Assembly: GCF_963921235.1 (NCBI RefSeq)
Contig: NC_086097.1
Location: 100,876,001 to 100,940,000, forward strand
Origin: Mobula hypostoma
Taxonomy: Eukaryota
Reading direction: 5' to 3'
DNA: 64,000 nucleotides
Part shown: positions 14,479 through 27,139 of the stretch, piece by piece
Numbering within the stretch: the first letter of the stretch is position 1
Layout of the letters: every line of letters begins with the position of its first letter
The notes under the pieces: model-generated
What the model saw: only the letters and a program-made list of their open reading frames with translations
What the model was told of the DNA's origin: nothing
Database searches by the model: none
Program-made: the position numbers and the translations under genes

Positions 14479-14794
14479 CACAAAAACAATGATATAATAC
14501 TCCTGCCATCTCTATCATCACCTGTGATTTTAATTCCTGTGTTCACAAATGGCCATATTCCATCTCGGCTTTCTTTTTATTGATGTGTACAATATGCCAT
14601 CATTTTATGTTTCCTGATCACTTAATTTCATAGTTCCTTGTTCCTTTCTTAATTATTTAATTGTTCTATCTCTTATTCCTTTCCATTCTTTCTCATTACG
14701 GATTCCTCTGAACCGAATTTCCTTTTGGCCTACTGCATCAAGTACCTTTTCCTCTGGCATCCGCATCAATTCATTACACCTCATGCTTACTCTT

Positions 14795-14980
14795 CCGCCA
14801 CCCACATATACCAAGGACAATTTACGACAACTTACCAACCAGTATGGTGTTGGCAAGTGGGGGAGAAACACAGCATCAGGAGGAAACTTACTATTCACTG
14901 TGAACATGCACAAACTCCAAATAGACAGCACTCAAGGTCAGAATCAAACCCGTGTCTCTAGAGCCGTAAGGTCAAACACT
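14795..14980 (-). mobile_element. tRNA-derived SINE (related copies at ~30440-30700, ~45440-45660, ~54850-55150)
   Basis: Reverse complement resembles the SINE at 16617 (ggacaatttac...caattaacc...caaactcc core). Confidence 0.55.
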
Positions 14981-17396
14981 GAACAGTTTGGTGCTCTATT
15001 TCCCAATACAGTACAAAAGACTGAGAGATGACTGAACTCTAGTGATAGAAGTCTTTAACATTCTGAAAGTGCATGACTGGATAAACAGAGAAGATGTTTT
15101 CACTTTTTGGGAAGAGTAGAACTAGGTTCATTCTGTCACCAACCAAATTTCATAAGAATTCTTAAAAACTTCATTACCAGAGATGGACTAGAGTGTGTAA
15201 TGTCCTCCCCACTGCAACTTGATCATGGCAACTAGCATAAAAATATCAATGGGGAAGAGAGATAAATGAGGGAGAGAGAAGGATATGTTGAATTACTGGA
15301 ATGATGGCAGCTCGTGATGCATAAATATTGGCACTGGCATAAATGTTGTCTGTGTTGTACTTATACTGTAAACGAAATAATATTCTGCAAGCCATCTCAC
15401 ATCAAATTGTTTCCTGCTTGAAAGGTCTTTAGAAAGTCTTTAAAAAAACACAATGAATACATCTAAAGGATACAAAAAGGAAAAAAAAACTTCCCCAGAT
15501 CTCCAATAATTAGCCAGTTAGAGCCAAACACTCCGTTGCGTTGGAAATTTTCAGTTTGTTGGAAGGTTATCCAGTCATCAAGGTACAAAGACCAATTAGG
15601 TCTTGTCCTGTCCCAATTCACTTCCCAGCTCATGCTGAGGTAGGTGAAATTCAAGAGCAACAGTTAGAGTAACACCCTCAGCTGGTGAGAAAAGCAATTT
15701 GAGCAAGAGAAAAAGATGATTCATCCATGGTTTCTCACAGACACCTTAATGTGCACACACAGACATACCATAAGACCATAAGATACGGGAGCAGAATTAG
15801 GCCATTTGGCCCATCGAGTCTGCTCCACCATTTCATCACGGTGGATCCATTTTTCCTCTCTGTCCCAGTCTCCTGCCTCCCCCTCCCCCCGCCGTATCCC
15901 TTCATTCTGTGACCAATCACGAATCTATCAAACTCTGCCTTAAATATATGTAATGACTTGGGTCCACAGCCACCTGTGGCAATGAATTCCACAGATTCAG
16001 CACTCTTTGTTCTGAGGCACTGTCCTCTGGTCTTAAGACTTTCCTACCACAGAAAACATCCTCTCCATATCCACTCCATCAAGGCCTTTCACAATTCAAT
16101 GGGTTTCAATTAGGTCACCCCTTATTTTTCTGAATTCTAGTGAATACAGCCCAGAGCCATGAAAAACTCTTCATATGACAAGCCATTCAATCCTGAAATC
16201 ATTTTTGTGAGCGTCCTTTGAACCCTCTCCAGTTTCAGCACATTCTTTCTAAGATAAGGGGCCCAAAACTGCTCACAATATTCCAAGTGATGCCTCACCA
16301 GTGCTGCATAAAGTCTTAACATTATATCCTTGCTTTTATATTCGAGTCCTCTTGAAATGAATACCAACTTTGCATTTGCCTTCCTCACCACAGGAAACCA
16401 GCAAATTAACCTTTAAGGAATTCTACACAGGGACTCCCAAGTTGTCACTGCACCTCAAATTTTTGTATTTTCTCTCCATTTAGAAAATAGTCAACTCTTT
16501 CATTTTTTTCTACCATAGTGCATGACCATACACTTCCCAAAACTGTATTCCATCTGCCACTTCTCTGCCCATTCTCCTAATCGGTCTAAGTCCTTCTGTA
16601 GCCTATTTCTTCAAAACGGTACGGTAGTGTGGCAGCTTGAATGCTTTACAGTACCAGTGACAAGGGTTCAACTCCCACTACTGCCTGTAAGGAGTTTGTA
16701 TGTTCTGCCTGTGACTGCATAGGTTTCCTCCAGGTGCTTCAGTTTTCCCCCGCAATCCAAAGGTGTATCGGCTGATAGGTTAGTTCAGGGGTCCCCAACC
16801 TTTTTTGCACTGAGGACCTGTTTAATATTGACAATATTCTTGCGGACCAGCCGACCTGGGGGGCGGTGGTGTAGGGTTGTCAACAGACAAGAGCAGCAGT
16901 CAAATACGTTGTGTTTACCCCGAGAAAGACTACAGTGACCATGAAGCCTTGCGCACGCACCAGTGCGTATGCGTGTACGTGTCGATTTTTTCCTACAAAT
17001 CGCTTTTGGCGATTCTGTTCCGGGGCGGGGGGGGGGGCGGTGTTAATTACGACCGGAATATAGGTGAGAAGTGGCTAATACACTCAATTTCGTTTCTAAA
17101 AGGGTTTATCTAACGAATTTATTATTAAACACACAGCACATACTTTCCTTGCATGAATATAGTGATAAATCAATTATCAGGGGAGCTTGAAGTAAGTGTT
17201 GAATGAACTTCCAGTAGAAGTGGTAGAGGCTGGTTCGATATTATCATTTTAAGAAAAATTGGATAGATATATGGACAGGAAAGGAATGGAGGGTTATGGG
17301 CTGAGTGCAGGTCGGTGGGACTAGGTGAGAGTAGCGTTGGGCACGGACTAGAAGGGCAGAGATGGCCTGTTTCCGTGCTGTAATTGTTATATGGTT

Positions 17397-18255
17397 TGTT
17401 ACGAGAATACACATAAAATTAAGATGTTTGCTGGCCTGGGCTAGCATCAGTGGCATCAGCAGTTGGTCTGCCACCTGCCCTCAGGGGAAGGAGAGATAAG
17501 GAACAATGGAGCAGCGTCTGGAGATGTGTAATGAAGGGATGTGGGAGAGAGAGCTGTCTGGAGCGGCTCCCCCCCTTTGAACCCTGAACTGTTTGAAGTG
17601 ATGGACAGGCGATACCCCAGCAGGGGGATAAAAAGGGACAGGTTCGCTAAGGCGACACACGCCACCCGAGGTAACGAGACCCTGGAAGCGGTGCGCCTCT
17701 CACGAGTGGGTGAGAAGTGCCAGACAACGACAAGGGTGGAAAGGTACGATCAGCGGGAACCCGGTGTGTGTCCGCCCTTGCCTGGGTGCCGGGTTCACTG
17801 CAGAGGATCGACCGCATCTGGAGGAGGGGTCACAGTCGGTGACCTCAGGTGACATCACCAAGGACCCGCCCAAAAGCTGCTTGTGAGTCATCTTGCTGGT
17901 CTGTGAGTGAAGCAGTGTTCTGAATGATGAGTTGTTCCTATTCTATCTCTCTCTTCCCCCACCTCGTCCATCGCCATGGCCACGATTACTGCGAACTGAA
18001 CTACTAACTGGACTGAACTTTGAGTCATTTTGAAATTGGTCATTTACCCCTAGACAACGATAGAGCTTGATTGATGCTGTTATCTTAATTCTGTGCACAT
18101 GTGCGTTTATCATCGCTGAACTGTTGCATTTATTATCCTTTCGATTAATGTGTTGCTTGTTTCTTTAATAAAACTTTCTTAGTTCTAGTACTCCAGACTC
18201 CAACTGAGTGATCCATTTCTGCTGGTTTGGCAACCCAGTTACGGGGTACGTAACA
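17397..18255 (+). repeat. 5' LTR
   Basis: Direct repeat of 21532-22390. I saw one difference by eye (T17888 vs C22023). Confidence 0.97.
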
Positions 18256-18259
18256 TAAG

Positions 18260-18278
18260 TGGGGTTCTCGTCCGCGAT
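18260..18278 (+). promoter_or_regulatory. Primer binding site, tRNA-Pro-like
   Basis: TGGGGTTCTCGTCCGCGAT versus canonical TGGGGGCTCGTCCGGGAT, 4 nt after the LTR. Confidence 0.75.
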
Positions 18279-18354
18279 TTTGAACGCTAAATTTGGGACG
18301 GAGTAAATTGATTGGGTTAAAATTCCCGAAAGAAAGAAAAGACAAACAGCAGAA

Positions 18355-21300
18355 ATGGAGGTTGAGGAATTTATAAAGGCGCCGACCTTGGAGGCATTAG
18401 AGGATGCCAGGAAATCGGAATTGATAGCTGTGGCCAAACGGGTGAATCTTGCTAAGGTGAAGTCGACAATGAGGAGAGAGGAGATACACAGAGCTATTGT
18501 AGAGCACTATGTATCTAAAGGTGTGTTTCCCCAAGGTGAGCTGGGGGAGGTGTCTATTGAAAAACCTGCTGGAGACGCGGTACAGGTACAGCTTGAAAAA
18601 CTGAGACTCGAGCACGAGTTCCGGGTACGGCAGTTAGAACACGAAGAGAAGCAGTTAGAAAGGCAGGAGAAAGAGAGAGAGTTAGAAAGGCAGGAGAAAG
18701 AGAGAGAGTTAGAAAGGCGGGAGAGAGAGAAAGAGTTAGAAAGGCAGGAGAAAGAGAGAGAGTTAGAAAGGCAGGAGAAAGAGAGAGAGTTAGAAAGGCA
18801 GGAGAGAGAGAGTTAGAAAGGCGGGAGAAAGAGAGAGAGTTAGAAAGGCGGGAGAGAGAGAAAGAGGTAGAAAGGCAAGAGAGAGAAAGACAGTTGGAGA
18901 GAGAGGAGAAACAGAGGGAAAGGGAATTTGAGCTGGAGAAGTTAAAGATAAGGGCCGAGCAGGGGCTCGTGCCGAACCAAGGTGGAGGGTTCCGGGCGAC
19001 CCAGGAGGTTAGGCTGGTTCCCCCATTTGACGATACCGATGTGGATCGGTACTTTCTCCACTTCGAAAAGGTGGCTATAAGTCAGGAATGGCCGAGGGAT
19101 AAGTGGGTTGTCTTACTTCAGAGTGTACTGAAAGGGAAGGCCCAACAAGCTTACTCCGCTTTATCCGCGGAAGATGCCCAGAAGTATGAGGTGGTGAAGG
19201 AGGCCATCCTCAGGATTTATGAGTTGGTCCCGGAGGCATACCGGCAGAGGTTCCGGAATGCGAGGAAGCGGTGGGACCGCACGTATTTGGAGTTTGCTCG
19301 CGAGATGCAAACATATTGTGAGCGTTGGTGCGCCTCGAAAGGGGTAGAGGGGGATTATGACAGACTGCTGCAGCTGATTCTGATTGAGCAGTTTAAAGGT
19401 TGTGTCCCTGAGGGTATGAGACCCTACCTCGATGAGAAAGAGGCAGCCACGTTAGCCGCAACTGCTAAGTTAGCGGATGAGTATGCGTTGACGCATAAAA
19501 TGAAGGTTGCCCCGAGTAAAGGCTACCAGAAGGGTAGTCAGGACGGCGGGGAGAGTCCACCGGAAAAGTCAGAAAGTAAGCCGGGGACTAGTGAGAAGGA
19601 TAAGGTAGACCGGGAGCAGTCTGGTAGGAAGTCTCCTGGGGTCGTCTGTTATAATTGTGGGAAAGTCGGACACTTTGCGTCCAGGTGCTTTGCCCCAAGG
19701 AAGGAGACGGGGAAAGGAAAAGCGGAAATTTTGAATGGCTGTATTGAGCTGTTAAGCGAACCGCTAGGGAAGGACAGGTCTGAAAAAGTTCAGGAAGGGC
19801 GCGAGAGGTTTATCTCGGCCGGATTGGTGTCGGTGAAGGAGAGGTTAAAACCAGTTCCAGTGCGGATCTGGAGAGACACGGGAGCGTGTCAGTCATTGAT
19901 ATTGAAGAGTGTATTAGAGTTTAGCTCAGAGACCCAGACTGGGGAGGTAGAGGTCAAAGGTGTTGGGAAAGGGACAGAGTCAGTCCCTTTGCACCAGATA
20001 CACTTGCAGAGCAACCTGGTCTCTGGACTAGTCACGATCGGGGTGAGGTCCGAATTACCGATGAAAGACGTGGAAGTCTTGCTCGGTAATGACATCGTCG
20101 GAGGAATCGTGTTCCCAGTCGTGAGATTGACGGGTCAGCCTGCCAGCATGGAGGCCCCGCCCGCGATGGTGAATTTGGCTGAAACATTTCTGCCAACCTT
20201 GTATGAGACAGGGTGTAGTGAGATAAGAGGTAGTGAGGGAGCTGGGACGGACGTAGCAGTAGCCAGGAAAGAATTTGTGCAGACGCAGGAGCGAGACGAG
20301 GGGCTGATGGTTTTTGCCGAGACCGCTCTCTCTGACACAGCCTTGACAAGGGAACTAGTAGGCTATTGTGCGGATGAGGAAGTGCTAAGGAAGAAAGGGA
20401 AATCAAGGACAGTATCCACAGATGAGGAGTGGGGGGTGGTGCAAAAGAGTTATGGGGATGAGGTTTTTAACATGGCCCACGAGGTACCCCCCGGTGGACA
20501 TTTTGCGGTGCTGGAGGAAACAGTTGGTGGAATCATGAAAGAGATTTACCGGCTGCCCAGGGGGAAAAATGTTATTGATCATGACCGACGCGAACTGAGA
20601 CGGTCACCGGCTTTTGATATGCTAACAAACCTAGTCGGTGTTAGCGTGGAAATCAATGAAGCTAGGGGCCCCTTGATAAGAGAAAAAAACCATTTTGAAA
20701 AGATTAGGATGGGATCGGTCAGATGGGAGAAGGCTATTGTTTTGGCCAGGTCTACTGATAAGGTCTCTCCCTTAATCCCCGAAGGAGTAATTAAACGACT
20801 CGCACCCATGTGTTTGATTGTCCCGAGGAAATGCAAAGAACTGGGACGTTGGGCGATTGTGGTTACAATAGGGCAGCCAAGTAAACAACACCCATATTTT
20901 TTGAGTAATTCAGTGACTAAAGGGCTGATGAACACAGAGGTGTGTATTGGCAATTTAACACGGCTGTCTGAAGCCAGCTTGATAGTGAACCTTGAAAAAA
21001 ATGAATTCGGCCACACGAAGGTCACTTACCTGGGAATTGTGGTGACACAGGGGCAGCTGGCAGTGATGCAAGCTACAGTGCAGGCTATCGCTGACCTCCC
21101 AACCCCGACAGACAAGAGGGCCCTCAGAAGGCTCTTGGAGATGGTGGGGTACTGCAGGAAGTTTTGCAATAACTCTGCGGTCAATACCCGTCCCCCTCCT
21201 ACTAAGCCCTTGCGAGAGAAAATTGAGTCGGAATGGGACGACCCTTGTTGTTGTGGTCCGGGACAAAACCAAATGAGAGGTTACATTGGTCGCAATTCAT

Positions 21301-21359
21301 CAGTGTTTTTGGCCACTATGAAGTTTGCTGAGTTGGAGCCTGGTCTAAGGGATTATTAA
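18355..21359 (+). CDS. Gag (coiled coil, SCAN-like capsid, CCHC), protease and degenerate IN/RT polyprotein; one frameshift near 18805
   Basis: LVPEAYRQRFR...LILIEQFKGCVP (SCAN-like), CYNCGKVGHFASRC, RDTGACQSLI (protease), AHEVPPGGHF (integrase zinc-finger start), LIVNLEKNEFGHTKVTYLG (RT remnant). Confidence 0.85.
18650..18910 (+). repeat. 27-bp coding tandem repeat (ELERQEKER) in gag
   Basis: GAGTTAGAAAGGCAGGAGAAAGAGAGA units. One unit is 4 nt short and shifts the frame. Confidence 0.9.
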
Positions 21360-21531
21360 TAACACGTGTAAAAGGAACAGAAAATGTGATGACTCTCTGT
21401 CAAGGTGTTGACAGCTTCAAATTCTCTGTATTAGCTAAATAACTGTTAAAGATGTATATTGTGTATGTATCAGATAATGTAGTCATGTTTGTAATTTTTA
21501 CCTCCCGGTAAAAATCCTTAAAGGGGGGAAG

Positions 21532-22390
21532 TGTTACGAGAATACACATAAAATTAAGATGTTTGCTGGCCTGGGCTAGCATCAGTGGCATCAGCAGTTG
21601 GTCTGCCACCTGCCCTCAGGGGAAGGAGAGATAAGGAACAATGGAGCAGCGTCTGGAGATGTGTAATGAAGGGATGTGGGAGAGAGAGCTGTCTGGAGCG
21701 GCTCCCCCCCTTTGAACCCTGAACTGTTTGAAGTGATGGACAGGCGATACCCCAGCAGGGGGATAAAAAGGGACAGGTTCGCTAAGGCGACACACGCCAC
21801 CCGAGGTAACGAGACCCTGGAAGCGGTGCGCCTCTCACGAGTGGGTGAGAAGTGCCAGACAACGACAAGGGTGGAAAGGTACGATCAGCGGGAACCCGGT
21901 GTGTGTCCGCCCTTGCCTGGGTGCCGGGTTCACTGCAGAGGATCGACCGCATCTGGAGGAGGGGTCACAGTCGGTGACCTCAGGTGACATCACCAAGGAC
22001 CCGCCCAAAAGCTGCTTGTGAGCCATCTTGCTGGTCTGTGAGTGAAGCAGTGTTCTGAATGATGAGTTGTTCCTATTCTATCTCTCTCTTCCCCCACCTC
22101 GTCCATCGCCATGGCCACGATTACTGCGAACTGAACTACTAACTGGACTGAACTTTGAGTCATTTTGAAATTGGTCATTTACCCCTAGACAACGATAGAG
22201 CTTGATTGATGCTGTTATCTTAATTCTGTGCACATGTGCGTTTATCATCGCTGAACTGTTGCATTTATTATCCTTTCGATTAATGTGTTGCTTGTTTCTT
22301 TAATAAAACTTTCTTAGTTCTAGTACTCCAGACTCCAACTGAGTGATCCATTTCTGCTGGTTTGGCAACCCAGTTACGGGGTACGTAACA
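21532..22390 (+). repeat. 3' LTR
   Basis: Near-identical to 17397-18255; follows the PPT. Confidence 0.97.
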
Positions 22391-24545
22391 GGTTATATAA
22401 GTCACTTATAAGTCAATAGCATCATCACATTTTAAGTAACGTTTGGATATTAAACATACAGCGCATATTTTCCCTGAATGAACATATAAAATCGTTGCAA
22501 GACACCAATATCGCCAAATCAGTGGGAGCCCTGGGCTTGTTTTCCTGCAAAAAGACGGTCCTATTGACGGGTGATGGGAGACAGCGATACTCGAATGGGT
22601 TCCTTATGTCCAGTCTATTCTGCAATTTAGTTTTTGTTGCATTCATTGCAGAGATATGTTGGAAATGGAAGCAACGTTTTCAGTGCTTTCGTGGCTATCT
22701 CAGGATATTCAGCCTTGACTTTGATCCAGAATGCCGGCAGAGATGTTATGTCAAACATACTTTTCAGCCCGCCGTCAGTTGCAAGCTCGAGGAGTTGATC
22801 ATCTTCTCGCGCTGACATGGATGAGGGGCGGGTAATGACCTCGCGTGCGTTCAGGTTCAACAGTGGCCATGACAGGGAATGAGGAAAGGTGCAGCTGACT
22901 CATATCGCCAAATCATATCGTTTCCTCGCGGCCCGGCAGCACATGCTTTGCGGCGCGGTGGTTGGGGACCGCTGGGTTAATTGATCATTGTAATTTGTCC
23001 TTTGATTTGGCTTGGATTAAATGAGAAGTTCTGGTGGCATGGCTGAAAGGGTCTGTCCCGCACTGCATCTCAACAAACAAATAAATAAACTAGCTGCCCT
23101 TCTACCTACCTTCATATCGCCTGCAAATTTTTAAACAAAGCCAACAATTCCATCATCCAAATCACTGACATATAACAATATAATCAGTCCCAACAAAGAC
23201 CCCTGTGGAACACCACTAGTCACAGGCAGTCAGTCAGAAAAGGCTCCCTTTACTCCCACACTTTGCCTCCTGCCAATCAGCCACTGCTTATTTCACGCTA
23301 GAATCTTTCCTGTAATACCATGGATTCATAGCTTGTTAAGCAGCCTTATGTGTGGCACCTTGTCAAAGGCCTTCTGAACATCCAAGTACACAACATCAAC
23401 TGACTCTCCATTGTCTAGCCTGCTTGTTATTCCTTCAAAGAATTCCAACAGATTTGTCAGGCCTGATTTTCCCTTCAAGGAACCATGCTGACAATGGGCT
23501 ATTTTATCATGTGCCTCCAAGTACCCTGAGACCTCATCCTTAATAATTAACTCCAACATCTTCCCAATCACTGATATCAGACTAGCTGGCCTATTATTTC
23601 CTTTCTTCTGCCTCTCTCCTTCTTGAAGACTGGACTGACACTTGCAATTTTGCAGTCTTCCCAGACCATTCTAGAATCTAGTGATTCTTGAAAGATCATT
23701 ACTAATGCCACCACAATCTCTTCAGCCACTTCTTTCAGAACTTTGGGGTGTACACCATCTGGTCCAGATGATTTACCTACCTTCAGGCCTTTCAGTTTCC
23801 CAAGAAACTTCACACATTTCATGCCCCCTAATACCTGGAACTTTCACTATACTTTGTCTTCCACAGTGAAGACTAATGCAAAATACTTATTTAGTTCATC
23901 CACCATTTCCTTGTCCCCATTACTACCTCTCCAGCATCAGTTTCCAGTGGTCTGATATCCATTCTTGCCTCTCTTTTACACTTCATGTATGGAAGAAACT
24001 TTTGGCATCCTCTTTAACATTATTGGCTAGCTTACTTTGGTATTCCATCTTTACCTTCTTAATGACTTTTTTAGTTGCCTTCTGTTGATTTTTAAAAGCT
24101 TCTCAATTCTCTAACTTCCCACAATTTTTTCTCTGTTATGTGGATTTTATGTTGGCTTTGACTTCTCTTGTTAGCCACAGTTGTGTCATCTTGCCTTTAG
24201 AATACTTCTTCCTTTTTGGATGTATATATCCTGTGCCTTCCAAATTGCTTCCAGAAATTTCAGATCCCTGCCAATGTTCTTTTCCAATCAATCTTGGCCA
24301 ACTCTTCTCTCATGCCTCTGGAATTTCCTTTACCCCACTGTAATACTGATACATTTGACTATCTACTCCTTCTCAAATATCAGGGTGAATTCGATCATGT
24401 TATGATCACTCTCCCCTAAGGGTTCTTTTACCTTGAGCTCTCTAACCATTTCTGTTTGACTGCACAAGACCCAATCCAGAATAGCTGATCCCCTAGTGGG
24501 CTCAACCACGAGCTGCTCTAAAAAGCCATCTCGTAGGCATTCTAG

Positions 24546-25403
24546 TGTTACATTCCTCATGGAGATCTTGTGACTTTCTTGTGAGAATGATGTAATGGCC
24601 TTTTGGAGGACACCTGATGTAATTTTCCCGCCGATGTGAGGTCACGTGATGACATGTTCACCATGGAAATAAAAGGGAAGACCCCTGGTGATGCAGTTAG
24701 TTTTCCAGTTAGAACGTCAATGAGATACTCCGCTCCGCTGCTTATTTGCATTATGACACAGTTTTGATTTTAAACGGAGTTTTATGTTCTATTGTAAGGT
24801 ACAGAAGTCTGGGCCGGCAGTTTGACCAATCGCTGCCCAGTTTGTTAATGTATCTTTTCAGTAACATTGGAGAGTGAAGACGGGACCCTGAAGGAGACGT
24901 TCGATGGGTTTGGAAAGGATCGACCATTATTGAATTCGTTCCAGAAAGTGATCTGCATGGGATAGCCTCTGCTAAAAAGGCAGCAGAAAAGGCTGTGCAG
25001 GATCTATTCTACGGAGGAGGAAGGTCAGTGCCTTCAAAAAACGTTTTATTTCCGTCGTCGTGAATCCTGTGGACAAGGCAGGATCCGACTGGGAGAAGCA
25101 GTGACGTCGTGTCTTCGAGGAATTTGTTACTTCATGAAAGTCTCTCCTAATTGACTGTATAAATCTCTTGGACTTTAAAATTTACCATTCGGGAAACTGT
25201 GTTTGAATTTATCGCTTTAAGAACTGGTTTCGCATTTATCACTTTAAGAACTAGTACTGAGTAGTGGTTTACTGAATGGCTACATAGCTGTTTACTTCCG
25301 GTTAGGATTTTCGTTTTTTTTTCATTGTTTATCAGGGTTTAATAAATGCTTGTTTGTTTATAAATCTTGACTCGATATACTCATTGTTGCCGATCACGTG
25401 ACA
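24546..25403 (+). mobile_element. Solo LTR inserted in CR1
   Basis: TGTTAC...GTGACA ends, TATA-like ATAAAAGGG and AATAAA near the 3' end. It interrupts collinear CR1. No clear TSD. Confidence 0.7.
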
Positions 25404-27139
25404 CCCCCCCCTCCCCCTTGAGATCCAGCACCACTCTGATTTTCCCAATCTATCTATATATTGAAGTCCCCCATGACTATTGTAACACTGCCTATTTGGC
25501 ATGCATTTTCTGTCTCCCACTGTAATTTGTAGGCCACATCCTTACTACTGTTTGGGTATCTGTATACAATTCCCATCAGGGTGTTTTTACGCTTGGCTCT
25601 GTTCACAATCATTCAACATCTTCCGACCCTATATCACCTCTTTCTAATGATTTGATTTCATTTTTTACCAACAGACCCACATGACCCCTTGGTCTGTCTG
25701 CTTGTCCTTTCAATACAGTGTGTGTCCTTGGACATTAAGCTCTCAGCCATAATCTTCTTTCAGCCATGATTCAGTGATGCCCACAGCATCATACATGCCA
25801 ATCTGTAACTGTGCTACAAGTTCATCTACCTTATTCCGTATACTGCACACATTCAAATATAACACCAGTCCTGTATTCGCCCTTTTCAATTTTGTTTGCC
25901 TTTTACATTGCAACTCATCCTGTTGACTGTAAGTCATCAGTCTCTCCTTGTTAGGAGTCTCATTATAGATTGCCTTTGTTTGTAAACCAACTACCCCATC
26001 CTCAGCACTATCACTGTGCTTCCCACCCCACTGCCAAATTAGTTTAAAACCTTCTGAACAACCCTAGCAAATCTACCCACGAGGATATTGATCCCCCTCA
26101 GGTTCAGATGTAACCTGTTCCTTTTGTACAGGCCCTACCTCCCCAGAAGAGATCCCAATAATCCATAAATCTGAACCCCTGTCCCCTGCACCAGTTCCTC
26201 AGCCACGCATTCACCTGTCAAACATCCTATTCTTACCCTCACTGGCACGTGACACAGGCAGCAATCCAGAGATTATTACCCTGGAGGTCCTGTTTCTCAG
26301 CTTTCTTCAGGACCTCCTCTCCTTGCCTATCTACGTCATTGGTGCCAATATGCTCCAAGACCTCTGGCTGCTCACCCTTGTCCTTAAGAATGCCTCAGAC
26401 TCGATCCGAGATATCCCTGACTCTGGTACCAGGGAGGCAACGTACCTTCCTGGTGTCTCTATTGTGTTCTCAGAATCTTGTCTCTATTCCTCTGACTAAG
26501 GAATATCCTCTCTACACTGCAGTCTGCTTCACCTCTCTGCTCTGCTGAGTCACTGCACTAAGTGCCAGGGATATGGTTACTGTGGCTCCCCCTCGGTAGG
26601 TCGACCTTACAACAGTATCTAAGGTTATATTCCTATCATCGAGGGGACCAGCCACAAGGGTACTCTGTGCATTTCCCCTCCTTCTCCTGACAGTCACCCA
26701 GTTACCTGTCTCCTGCAACCTAGGGGTAACTACCTCCCTGTAGCTCCTGTCTATCACCTCCTCATGAGTCGAAGGTCATCAAGCTGCAGATCCGTTTCCT
26801 TAATTCATTCTCTCAGAAGCTGCAGGGTAGTAACCTCTGGATTGGTGCCTTTGATATGTGCCAGTGAGGGCAAGAATAGGATGATTTGGCAGGTGAACAT
26901 GTGGCTGAGGAACGGGTACAGCGGGCAGGAGTGAAGACCGAAAGAGAAAGTTGCCTCACCCAAGCTTGATGAGCCAAAGCCACCCGAAGTACCAGCACAC
27001 TCAAAAGAATGGCCACTCCACTTGCACCTGCGTTACTTTTATTCGCCCTTTCGAATGAATCCCTCTCTGTTGATTGGTTGCCACACAACTCAGAGAAACT
27101 GCCGTGAAGCTCTGCCTGTTAAACCTTGATCATGGAATT

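Larger units (their letters stand above)
17397..22390 (+). mobile_element. Young Gmr1-like (SCAN-gag) Gypsy LTR retrotransposon, non-autonomous
   Basis: Two 859-bp LTRs TGTTACG...CGTAACA; 4-bp TSD GGTT; tRNA-Pro-like PBS; PPT AAAGGGGGGAAG at 21520-21531. Confidence 0.97.
16786..22974 (-). mobile_element. Non-autonomous hAT-Charlie (Charlie3/MER1-like) transposon carrying a CR1 tail and an LTR element
   Basis: TIRs CAGGGGTCCCCAACC and GGTTGGGGACCGCTG; 8-bp TSD GGTTAGTT/GGTTAATT. C-terminal dimerisation fragment FWIKVKAEYPEIATKALKTLLPFPTYLC...AGKQAQGSH* at ~22519-22820 (-). Confidence 0.9.
16617..23090 (+). mobile_element. tRNA-derived SINE split by a hAT insertion (16617-16785 and 22975-23090)
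   Basis: A/B-box-like head (ggtagtgtggcag, gggttcaactccc). The body resumes after the hAT and ends in caacaaacaaataaataaac. Confidence 0.75.
15765..26830 (-). mobile_element. Long decayed CR1 LINE (3' UTR, RT, endonuclease and ORF1 pieces) hosting nested insertions
   Basis: LEYCEQFWAPYLRK, VDVVYLDVQKAFDKVPH, EPTRGSAILDWVLC and VGITESWL. The sequence is collinear across the insertions at 16617-23090 and 24546-25403. The ORF1 part may come from a second copy. Confidence 0.8.

Noticed and set aside
17541..17852. Duplicated 103-aa ORF (also 21676-21987)
   Set aside because: It lies within the LTRs, has no recognisable domain, and is duplicated only because the LTRs are.
18800..18820. Programmed ribosomal frameshift in gag
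   Set aside because: No slippery heptamer is evident; a 4-nt deletion in one repeat unit explains it.
18894..19500. Host SCAN zinc-finger gene
   Set aside because: The SCAN-like region is the capsid of an LTR-bounded element and there is no C2H2 array.
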